From contig ADNK01000023.1 in NCBI GenBank assembly GCA_000320545.1, positions 78,160 to 142,159 on the forward strand: a stretch of 64,000 nucleotides of DNA. The letters run 5' to 3'. Below, piece by piece: positions 41,657-53,700 of the stretch. Below the pieces are notes generated by a model. The model ran no database searches, was not told where the DNA came from, and saw nothing but the letters and a program-made list of their open reading frames with translations. Position 1 is the stretch's first letter; each line of letters opens with the position of its first letter. The DNA comes from Bigelowiella natans CCMP2755 (Eukaryota > Protista > Cercozoa). The position numbers were made by a program, and so were the translations under genes.

Positions 41657-44600
41657 TTAAGGTGATATACGCTGGAGCATGTGCACCTTCTTGATGCAGT
41701 CGTTACCACATTGGGCGACTTTCCCAAGCTTTTTGGCTCTTCTGACCTTTTTTGCGAACCGGCAGATCGCACCATCCACAGACTTACGAGCAAAGCTGGA
41801 AAACCCAGGATAGTCAGACTCCGAGTATGTTCCTTTTTTCCATTGGAGCAATTGATCATATTGCTCGCGGTCTTCGATCAAATCTGCGACTATACTTGCA
41901 ACATCTTGAGGCGATTCGAAGTTGTTTGCGTTGATCACACATTTCTGGCAGGGCACAAGGCTTTCAATGTTGTGTGGTCCACGATATATTGGGACAGAGC
42001 CAACTGCCAGTGCTTGAAAGACGCACTCGGAGACGAAGGCCTGCTCCTTCTGGTCATGGCAGAGTGTGAACATGTAGGGGCGCAAGTTTGCCATGCGGTT
42101 GACATGGTAGCCCATTCCTTTGCCTCCCAACCATGAAGTCATAAGATTTGTGTTTTTCCAGCAATCGCCTATCGAGTGTGTTCGATTGAAGGCCTTCACA
42201 AGACCAGAGACGAACTCCGAACGGTGCCCGTCCTTGCAGTTCTCATGTTCCATCACAGCCACGCCAGGGATCTTATCCACCCAAGCAAGAGGCTTTGGCT
42301 CGTGCAGGTTGTGCTTGATGGAGTCGCCGAGCGTTGCGTAGCTGTAGCGTGTGAAGGGGACATCAGCGTGCTTACCGGTGCCAAAGAAACTTCCCTTGAA
42401 ATTGTTCTTGAACCAAGGGTTGGCCTTTCCATCCATCTCGCATCCAAACCACTGCTGGCCTCGAGGCTTCTTCTCGTGCGTGGAAACGAGCTCAAAGGAG
42501 TTGAGGTGCGTATCGCTCAGGTCTGAGACGACAACTGCGTCCATCTTGCGGCTCATATTCCGATGGAGGGAGGAGTAGAATCTCATAGGAACGCCACAGC
42601 CAGAGAACTCGAGGAATGGTTCGACACGGAGGCCAAAGAAGTCCATTCCGCACGACTTATCGTCCCAGAGAAGCACATTGAGCGTTTTGTTGTGGAAAGA
42701 GTTCTTGGCCATAAGGCGTGCGAAAGTCTTAATGTGAGCATTCTGTAATTCCATGAAGCTGGCCTTCTTCGAAGCCTTCTTGTGCTTGATATCCTTCAGT
42801 ACTGCCTCTGCAGCCTGAGCTACAGACTGAGCGGCAAGTTGTTTCTTAGTTGGCTCTTCCCATGCAGATATGTTTAGGTATTTGTGCAGCTTATTGGACT
42901 TTTCCGGTTTCGAGATCTGGAACATTGTTTTGTTACCCTTGTGGTGCATCTTATGAGTCAAACCCTGTCCGAAGGAAAGAAATTCGGTGTCGTTCCGCCC
43001 GGCGCAGAAGAGGCTGTCGGTACGAGTGAGGTTCTCGACGAAACTTAGGTCTCGGGCATCAGGAAGACCCTCACGAACCAATGACATCGTCTGGCCTAGG
43101 CCTGCAGCCTTGAGCTGAGGCTTCTGTTTGCTAAATCGTTGGATGAACGAGTTTGCAGGATACCAGAATGCGTCGGTCTCATTACCAACGACGCCGAACA
43201 GCGAGTGCTTCTTCTTGACGATAGGAAGATTCTGCGGGCAGAGCTTTTGGGAGCCGCACAACTTCTTTGGATCAGGGACGGACGATCGCCACTCCTCTCC
43301 AAATATCTTATGCCAGCTAAGCTCCAGAACTTCTCCTCGTGTGAAAGAGTTGAATTCGACAGCGAGGTTTTTCTCACAACCTGGTAGAGCTTTAGGGTGT
43401 TTTGCGAGAAGCTCCGCACGCTTAGACTTTGAAAGTGCGCCCACAGCGCCAGCCGAATCATGACCCTCATCATCAGACCCAATGGAAAAGTCATACAGGC
43501 GGTCATAGAAGTTTTGGGAACGCTTTAAGATCCTCTCTTTCGACACCATGAACTGAGCGCAGCATGCGGTTGAAACGTCGATAATGCTGCGAGGAGTAAA
43601 CTCTTCAGGGCCGATGATCTGCGTCCAGAAAGTATGTAAGTCGCATACGTCATCGTACTCGAGGAAAGGGAAGTGAATCCCATTCAGTGAGGCGTACGGA
43701 TATGCATCTAGGGAAAGAGCACTTATCATTGGGACGAGATCCACTGAATGCTCAGATTTATGATCACCATGAACCATGAGAACTGAATCGGGAAGATTGT
43801 TGTAATTGAGTCCAATGAACTGCAAAAAGCTCGAGGCTTCGTTCCCTTTATTCACAACCACAGTTGAAGGATCTTTACCAACGTCATCGCCATTGCCTTT
43901 CTTTTCCATCACTAGGTAGCAATATGGCTGTTTCTCCAGCCAAGCAAGATTCTCTTGCCAGTGTGCAACTACAAGGACCGCAGTCTTCTCGCCCTTCATG
44001 TCCTTGGCTGGTTTCCCTTTCTGTTTGAGAATACGGTGTGCAGTGCATCGACGAGTGCACGATCCAGACTTGAGCGCACTAAGAAGGGCGCTCTTCGATC
44101 GGAGAACCAGTGGCTCGTCCTCGCATTTGTGTCCGACGTAGCAAGCAGACTGTTTGTCATCCAGGCTATTCTTGTTGAGGTCGAGGTCGACAATTGACAT
44201 ACCTGGAGCGTTCAATGTCTTCATCTGGCGATGGAAGTAGAGGGAAAACTCAGGTGCGAGCGACCATGACTTGACGAGCTTATCACATTTTGCCAAAAGA
44301 ACGGTTTGAATCATAATATGCTCTGTGATAGCCTTCTTTCCTTTGGCAGACGATTCATCCTTGACATAAAGTTCCGGCATCTTGACAATACGATTACCGA
44401 AGTGACCCATCATCTTATTGACAAAGCGGAAGTTTTCGCTGACAACGAGAGCTTTAGCCTTTGGTTCTGCTGAGAGAAACGACGTGAGATGATGCTCAAA
44501 CTGATGAATCGACTTTGGGCTGGACATGAACTTATCCGATCCAGAAACGTGAGCACAAACTGTGCGCTCATTGTCGGGAAAAAGTTCCATCTGCATACGC

Positions 44601-45520
44601 TCTGCTAGTTTCTCAGTTGCAGGATTCACTCTGATGTACTTGTCGATCAATGCCTGCGCGCGACCTCGTTGGCAGCCCAGCCAATTCTCGGTAGCAACGT
44701 CGCCCTTCAGGTTCTTTCCGTCGTCCATCTGGTAGGGTAACGACCTAATGGCGTCCTTGTGGAAATGAATGTTCTGGATGGTCTTCTGGGAAAACTCCCA
44801 GATGTCATCCTCAGGGATCTTCTTGTAGTTAACATTCGATATGGGTTCGTATACACGCTCCCAGAAGTTGGTTACGTTCCCGCCCTCATAACAGTCCGCA
44901 TGAAACATTGAGGACTCAGGCATGTAAACAAACGGTGCCTTGCTGCCTATCAGTTCGTGCTTTTCAGCGAAGAGAAGCTGGTTCAGCACGTAAAGCGTGT
45001 ATGCGAAGAACTCAGCGGAGTCATTCCAATCCTAGGTGAATGAAACGTGTAAGTAATTCTTGTAATGCCGAGAAACATCCATCATTTTGCGAACAAGATA
45101 CTAAATGTATATCACTAAATTTTGTGAAAGTACCATAATCGAACGGATTCGAAGGTGGCGTTTCCTTAAATTGGATCGCTTCGTCTTTGGGTCGTAAATT
45201 TTCTTGAATGGTTTCAAGTTATCATCATTAATGCTTTTCTTGTTCTGAGGTAGAGTTGGTTCAGGTAATGAGCTGGCTAGTTTATTACTCATTCTCTCAC
45301 TTATCCCAAATCGTCAAACAAGAATCATATGATATTTTATTATTACCTTGGTGAGCTCTAACACCTCACATCTCGTTTGCTCAGTACACGTCTGCTTTAA
45401 TCGTGGACAATGCTTCTTCCCATAATTATCAGATAGTTTTCCCCCAGTCACAGTGGGGGCTAAAGTTATGTGCCCAGCCTCAGCGATGAAAACCGCTAAT
45501 GCAACCCACAGGACTCGCAT
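41657..45520 (-). CDS. Secretory-pathway multidomain glycosyltransferase-like protein: NodZ/GT23-like + DUF3431-like + GT10 fucosyltransferase-like
   Basis: N-terminal signal/anchor MRVLWVALAVFIAEA, two short exons, then one ~3.37 kb exon (ORF 41657-44989). Domain motifs: EFFA..NFWERVYEPI..HVSGSDK..LLAKCDKLVKS; VVAHWQENLAWL..NKGNEASSFLQFIGLNYNNLPD..CCAQFMVSKERI..LELSWHKIFG; YMFTL..ALAVGSVPIYRG..INANNFESP. Confidence 0.85.
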
Positions 45521-46400
45521 TGTTTTTTCGAGTATCCTTCTTCCCTGTGAGAGAAAATGGTTGATCCAAGGCGTGCTCAGGGGAGTGCTTAGGGCCTCAG
45601 GTTCTATCTAAGGGGTTACGAAGTTGTTATTCAACATAAGAATCTAGAAGGAAAACCGAAAAAACATGTCATCAGGTTGTGCGACATCTTCTCTACATTT
45701 GTCTCATAACATAAATTCACTTCAATTAGTCATAAAATCTATACGGGACTTGCTACTTAAGTTTGACATTTGCTAGCTACATCTCACATGGTAAATTCCA
45801 CTACCGTGGATTTTTTATCTCATTTTATGTCCAAACCTAGGAGAATTTTACAATAAGACATTTCATGCAAGCGGAAACTCCATCGAAATCCTAGATCTTA
45901 CCGTAAAACCATTAGTGTTTAAAAATTCAAAGAGTTTTATGTCGTAGATTCAAAATCTCATCCAATCCTTCACATTTTCTGATCATGGTGTTGTCTGACG
46001 GCATGGCGCGACAGGAATGTGGCATTTTCTCTCCTCGGCTGGCCCAAAAGCTGTAATAAATACATAGATGTTTTATCGATATCTGAGATTTTCAAATTTA
46101 GGATAATGTTTAACCGCCATGAGGTGGCTTTCAATAACAAAAGACTTTGTACGTATTTTTCCGGTCTAAATTTTGATCCAGATTTGTCGATGATGGTAAT
46201 CCAGATGAACATTGGAAGACTCCTGATTTTATAAGTCGCATTTGACTCAATGAGGGGATTTTAGGTTGGAGAAAAGCACCTTTGTCGCTCATAAAAAATG
46301 AATGTGGTTTTCGAAAAAACGACGTGACGACGCGATCGACTGAGAAAGCCTCATTGCCCTACATCAGCTACTACTTTCTCTGCATGCATCCACAGCACTT

Positions 46401-48847
46401 ATGCACTGGAACACGATGACACGGCGGGGACGAATCCCTCGTCTCCATCATATGGGTATTGCCACCACTGTTTGCGCTCTCCTCCACGCATACGATACTG
46501 CTACCTCTGCTGGAGCGACCAGGAAAGTCTGTCCAAGATCCAAATATTCGCATCGCTTTCTGTTTATTGGTATCCATGTTGCTGATGTTTTGAACGCACA
46601 TGTTTAATTAGCACCAGTCTCAATTGCAGCTGAAAAAGGCGGTCTCACGACACTTGGCGCATTCAGGTCACAGAGTGGATTTTCTGCATGTAGTCCAACG
46701 AATGGTATGTGATTGTCGACATCGATCCTAAATAGCTTCGGTTCCTTCAAGTACACGTTCAGCACCGAAACAGGTACTACTTTATACACAATCTCCTATC
46801 AGTGACCAAGTTGGTTATACGATGTGATAGTAGACCCCACCCACCTGCTCAGTCTATCGCAGCATTCGTTCTCGACTTCGATGGTACCCTAACGAAAGAG
46901 GACACGATATCAAAGATCACCTCTACACGGTAAGCTCTCTCGATGTTACCGTGATGTTTCCACAGAAGTGGTTCATACGCATGGATATCATTACCTAGCC
47001 GAAAGCTTCTCCCCACGAACAATGACTGCTTAGAATATGACGATAACCTTAAGACAGTGATCAAGGTCGAACACTACTTAAAACTTATAAGCATTCCCTG
47101 CTGTCGTAGCGTAAAAGTAATGCTTATTTTTGTTAGGAGTACCTCCGTGACCGTGAAGCAATCTCCAAAGCTTCATATTCTTCGATAGAAACACTTCTGG
47201 AAGCCTGTGCTGAGGCTGAGTTCCGGTGCGGGTGGTGTGCGTACGTTTAGCCGTTACTGGTGTTGTTTTCTGTCTATTATGTTCAAGTGAAGTAGATGCA
47301 GCCAAGCAAAGACGACTTTGATATAGCCGATTTTGAAAATGCCTTTTATCTTCCTCCACACCCCCATTGCAGTTCGTTAGAGCGAGTCGAGAGGTATGGA
47401 CTGCTAGGGGGTTTATCCCGTGATGACCTTCGATTTACAGGCAGCACCAGTGGTAATAATAGTAATAGTAGTAGTAGTAGTAGTATTTTATGGCTAAGTG
47501 TAGAGAGAAAGAGAAATTTTGCATTGATGACTTTGGAATGCTTAGTAGCGAATACTCCATGGATTTTCCAAAGAATCGAGCTGATTCTATATAACTTAAA
47601 CGCATATATTCTGCTCATATTGTATATCACCCTAACATCAGTCAAGCTGCAAGAAGGGGTAGAGGACTTTCTTGTTAAGGTAAACGAAGGATGGGAAAAT
47701 CTCTTCCCTCCATGGAGGGCTAGGAGGAGGTTGAGAGAGGTGGAAAGGCCAGCTATTTTTTGAGGATACGATGGTTAAATGGCCGAGGAGAAGAACATGA
47801 TCTCTAGAAGACGAATGACTTCACCGTGCGATAAGCAACGCTCTTTCTTGGGGAAAACAAGACATTAGGGGTTAATTCTCGACGTGTTCTCGATAAGAGT
47901 TTCATTTGTGTCAATTGCAGCACATCTTTAGCTGCGGTAGTGCTTTTCGGATTCTATAGTTGGGAAATTACTCCTTTTTTAATATCCTCCTCCTCCTGCT
48001 GCTGCTGCTGCTAGTACTACTTACTAATATATGCCTTTGCATACATATACCAGACTTCGCAACGGGGAATTCCCATACACATTTGCTCAGCAAACTGGAG
48101 CAAAGACCTGATAATAGGTGCGAAAAGAAGAAGAAGAAGAAGAAGAAGAAGAAGAAGGACACGGCACCGAAGCAAGAAAGCTAGATGGAACATCACGAAA
48201 TTACAATTTTTAGAGTGTTAGTAGTATTGTAGTGCATCGGAGCATTAACTTGCACGTTTGAACACAGACACAAAGTAGGCATCGTAATTCAGAGAGAGAA
48301 AGAAAGAGCGAGGGAGAGAGAGAGAGGGAGAGAGAGAGAGAGAGTGAGAGAGAGAGAGGAGGTAGATCGTGATTTCTACATGCAAATAATTCCCTGTGGT
48401 TTTGTATATTTATGCTACCCCTACCGACACAGGTGCCCTGCAGCATCTTACCGACGGAAAAGCAGTTAAGCTGGCAAATGTTGCCTCTTCAGATTTGGAA
48501 TTTGATGAGAGAGGTCGTCCATCGATGGTGTGACAGGAGGAGGCTCACACAGATTATGAGCGCCGTTGTTTTACTTTCTACCAAAATTCCACAGTTATTC
48601 AGCTACACTCCTCTCCTGCATCATCATCAAGTGATATGTGTTTTCGTCTAGGTTCCATGCTGAGCACGGGGAAAATCCGAAGGAACATTGTAGTACCACC
48701 CGATTTCACGACACGCAATTATTAATATCCTATACACAACACACACACAACCATACTGCATAAAATATATAGATACACCACATATGTGTCACAACGTGAC
48801 GGCATGCATGTGCGGCTTTCTAATCCTCCTTCTGGACCTATCAAAGC

Positions 48848-48889
<42 letters not shown>

Positions 48890-49055
48890 CAGGTTTCTGA
48901 AGCATTGCCTCCTTACTTGTACACACAGGTCACAGCGGATGATAAGAAGAAGTACCTAGAGGATATTCGCAAGACAACAAAATCCGTACTGAAGATATAT
49001 CCGTATATCCATATAATATATGCAATTACATATATTTAAAAATGAATAAAATATA

Positions 49056-49087
<32 letters not shown>

Positions 49088-49976
49088 GATATTTATATGT
49101 AAATATCATTCCAGAGCACCATAGAGCAATAACTGTGTTTTTGTTTTGAATACTACGAGTATATAATGCGGAATGACCGGTACCTAAATTAGCATGAGGT
49201 CTTGAATGTGCTACCTGCTTTTATGTTCTCGCCGCAGCCGTGCAGCAGTCCTACATATATCCAGAGACAATAGAAATATCATCATCAGCATCATCAGCAT
49301 CATTAGTATGATGATCATCAACCTCATCATCATAAATCCGTAAGTAGACGATATGTAGTCGCTGAAAGCCAATTCAAGTTGTAAAAACGGATGATAATAC
49401 GCTTTGTCGTTCGTTGCTGGTGTTCATGTTTTATAGGAAGGTCGCATTGTGTATATTGGAGATGGCCAGCCCGATGTGCTAGCGATGCTGAATGCAGGTC
49501 CCAACGGGCATTGTATGGGAATGGAAGCTGGAACATTCTATGGATATTTTACGCTTAGAATCGTTCCTAATCTTCATTTTCTTCGGCAGCCTGATACACA
49601 ATTTCGAAAGATCTCAAACGCTGCTTATTCTGATGAGTCTTGTCTGTCTTCCCAACGACGACAAGACGTTGGGATAATTGTAGGAGACGGAAGTTCTTTG
49701 CGGAAGACAGCTGAGATGGCTCGTGGCGTCCAGCTGTTGACTGCCTCCGCTCAGTGCGAATTTGATGGGCTCTTCGACGCGCTATCTTCAAGGTCATGAT
49801 GAGGATGAGAACGGCGGCGACGATGATGAGGAACATGATGAGTGGAACGTTGAAATATACATCTTTATGTCGTCACAGAGATGGAAATCACCGGTACGTT
49901 CTCGACGCGCAAAAGTATGGCGAAAGCGTTTATTCTCAGATTTCCGGTACGAAAACAACCCCAACAAGTGCTGGAT

Positions 49977-50022
<46 letters not shown>

Positions 50023-50208
50023 ATTTCTTATCGAATCGTTCATGTACGTCATTGCCTGCGTATTGATACCTTCTGTGTTGAATATTACTCGGATTAATTA
50101 ATCATAGGCGAAACATCGGTGGATGTTGCAGCTTCAGAGAAACGCACTTGGTCTCTAATATCGGATATGTGTTTCGGATCCCCCGGTCGTGCCGATACGA
50201 CGCAATAA
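46401..50208 (+). CDS. HAD-superfamily phosphatase resembling the thiamine-monophosphate phosphatase (TH2 C-terminal/YCR015C-type) domain; start uncertain
   Basis: Exons give motif I AFVLDFDGTLTKEDTI (~46863), motif II IHICSANWS (~48080), the motif III Lys in TADDKKK, and motif IV VYIGDGQPDVLAMLNA|DVGIIVGDGSSLRK. The protein ends ...ADTTQ* at 50208. Confidence 0.8.
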
Positions 50209-50795
50209 ATTGACATTATCATATGTGAATATGTAGCTGCGTCGGTGACTTGAAATGGCCTTATAAATAATAACATAGTCTATCTCGACGCACTAGCGCT
50301 TATAGTCAATATCTTGCTTTCGCGACGCGTATAGTAGATATATGTGTGTCCTCGGTTGTGATGCGACTCCGCACAACATGCGAAGAGATGATGCTATATA
50401 CCATGTGCATTACATCTAGCTAGCTAGATGCGTGTGCACTGCGCTGCGCTGGTGCGGTGTAGCGACGCGCCAACAAGTATGTGATGCACGCTAGCACACA
50501 TATATAGTGCACAGCAGGGCCAGCTAATTGCGCACGGTTCATGCTTGCCTATGTCAGGCCCGGGTGTAGCTAGGTAGATCGAGCAGTTACACAACGCGCG
50601 CGCTGCGCTGCCACTGTTGTGTGCGTGTCTCATCGCCTACTTGCACGGCTGAGCATCGAAGTCACATATCATATGCATGTAATGCAGCTAACAACAGATG
50701 TGAGCAGTCACTAGATCCACATGAAACATGATTTGATCGTTTCGCTACAATGGGCGCTTAATGAACTTAGACTTGACACTTCTCTTTGTGTCCCC

Positions 50796-53700
50796 TTAAA
50801 TTTTGCTTTCATTGGCATCGACTGAGGTAGTTACAGCGTGGACAGCACTCCCTTTGTTATGTAAACTACCTAGATTGAAGGTTTGAAGAGTCGGAATCGA
50901 TCCCCATCCAGGCTCTTCATCCGACGAGCTGCCTTCTTCCTCATGCTCTCTAATGCTGTCGCTGAGACTGCAATGGCTCATGTCCCGGAACAGAACCGTC
51001 TTTGTGATTAGCCGAATTTTTCTTCTCCTTTCTTCATTAGGTTGGGAGCCAAAATGCAAGCTCCTGTGCCCCCCACAATAATCGGGGTCGGGGTCGATGC
51101 CTGAGTGGAACTGTGAAACAGATGATTCATCGGAAGTGCCTGAATTTTGAGCTTTTAGGTCCGAGTCGAACGTCACATTGAAAGATGATCCCATCGCATG
51201 AGCACGCTGCGTTGCTTTCCTCCTCATCTTCTCTGTGTCTACGACAACACCGTTGATTAGGATGACTTTCCAGCCCACTTGAATACCAAGTGCGGCACCC
51301 TCTTCCGTGGTGCTCTCTACCCTACCGTGCTTGTTTACCACGCAAGACGGAACATCAGAGCTCAGCGTGACAGTGACAACACGGGACTCCCGAATCTGCG
51401 TATCCGTTTCCTTGTGATTCATCGCCTCGGTGTTCTGATTCCGAATAAGGAATAAAAGAAGCATGGTCTCGACAGCCAAAATCGTGAGCGTGCGAAATGC
51501 GGCATCTTGGCCGAGGCAGTACACCATCGTTTCGACTGCCATCGAAGATCGTTCCCTGAGTGACCATGAGAGAACAACCAAAATGTATGCACATCCTAGG
51601 ATGAGAACTATCGCAGAAATCATTGCCAAGGTGTCATCGCGGGTCCATTCATGATTTCTCACGTCCTCCCCAAAGGCCGGTCCTAGGAAGGTTCTTTCCC
51701 TTTCCATAACTGGTTTGTTAGGGGCGATAATGTGGGAGGAATGCATGACCATGCTCTGAGATCTAGCGAAGTTTTTCCGATCATCTTTTCCGTCAATGTC
51801 ACTGGAGTTCTGTTCCGTAGTAGAGGCAGAGAGGTTGTTTGATGGTCGCGCTGCTTTTGTAGCACTTGCAGCTGACCAGGCAGCAATTGCTCCTGTTGTA
51901 GCTCCTATTTGAGTAGGATGGACAAAAGATGAGCCGTGCTTGCCCTCGTCTTGTGCATCTTCTTTCTTATCCTTATCATTTTCATCTTCCTCAGCTCCTT
52001 CATTATGCCTTTCTTGCATGTTGTCTTCGTCATCGGCTTGCTGGTCATTGCCCCCAACCTCTCCATCTTCCTCATCCTCGAATTTCATCTGAACGGAATC
52101 AACTGTGTCGCCCACACACACACTCAAGATGAAAAAGATCCACGGTAGGCTACTGGCCACTGATGATGCCCGAAACTTGACCCGAAATCTCTTCGGGGGC
52201 TGCCTCGCGAGTAGTGCCATGATTGTAAAGGGGATTGGAAACGAGATGAGGCACGCAACGACGGCTTTTGACGCGGATCCAGATAGGAATGGGAGATTGT
52301 TTGTGGTCCCTTCGAGCAAGGCACACACCGCTGCACTGTTCATAATTAGTAAGATAAGCACAATAAGACGCTTCTGCGAATTTAGAAAGTCTCCTGGGTG
52401 CCTGAACCATACAGACAGCCATGTGTGCCGACGCCTCATCGCAATCCAGCTCGAATCGCGCCAGCCTTTGCAAGAAGTCCGAGCCTCTGTGTGCAAGTAC
52501 TGGGCAGTGTTCAGCTCCCTCCAAAACTCTATTTCGTGCATCTCAAGAAGACGGTCACGCTCATATTCGTCCATCGCAGTTGTTTTGCCTGGAGACGTCT
52601 CCGAATGGAAGGGATGGAGATCATAATACCGCATGCATGGATACAGGCACAGCGCCACGGCAAACACGATGAGGACGAGGGCCATGATTGGATTCTTGGT
52701 TGGATCCAGTGCCCGAAAATCCTGGACATCCTCCGTTCTTATGGTGTTGACCTCGACTTCAACCTTTTCCTTTGCGAAGACGGAGAACGGGGTGAGGTGA
52801 TCGCTTTGGCACATAGGGATCCCCGTCTCCTCGCTCACGCCAGCCATTTGAACACCCTCAGTGCTCCACTCATTTCCATTCCAATAGGCGCAGCGATAGT
52901 CCATGGAATCTGAGGTGTAGTTGACACCTGACATCCGTCCGGGAACGGTGAACCTAATCGGACGGGAGGCGTTCTGGATGCGAATGTCTCCCCCTGTGCT
53001 TGCGTCCCGAACATCGATATAAGAAGTCCCAGCAACGATTGACAGACTTGAATCGAGCGAAGAAGGGTATATAGTGTGGCCCTCAATAGAGGTCACGGAG
53101 AGCTCGAGGGCCGTAGCACTCTGCGCTGACGATCTCACGTTCCCGGAAGAAGGAGGAGGAGGCTGGAATATAGCAGAACAACCTGTAGAAGGATGAACGA
53201 GTGACGCGTTCTCTAAGTCCAATCCATTGATCAAACGGCCTGTAAGGTGGATCGTGGTTGAGCCATCTTGCGCGTTTGTCGATGTGAGGGTAGTTGGATC
53301 TTCGCCGATGAATGTCCCACCCAGAAGATATGAGCTGAGGTTCGCAAATGTACTCTCCGTTGCAGCCAAAGTCTCAGGGGCGATGGCGCTGCCGTTTGTC
53401 GTGAACAACAAATTAGCTACTCCTTTGGACAGAGGGATGGCCACATCAAGATTGCCACTTTCACCGTTGTCACCGCCGGCGGTTTGGAGAACCTTGTCAA
53501 CCACCTCAAGTGCAAAGCCGTAAGAGTCGACCTGGATTTCTCCACTGCGATTGGCGGCTGTAACACTTGCGATGAGTGCTGCAGAAGTTTGGGGGGGTAG
53601 AACCCTGGCGCTTGTAGAGTTACCAGTGGCTAGATTTACAGACTCGAGCATCGAAATCCGAAGCGCGGCAGCGTTGCTTATGCTTGTTTCTACGACAGGA

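Noticed and set aside
41638-44197. Overlapping and antisense ORFs inside the glycosyltransferase exon (and similarly at 51355-56528)
   Set aside because: Shadow ORFs of long, GC-balanced coding exons, with no recognisable motifs.
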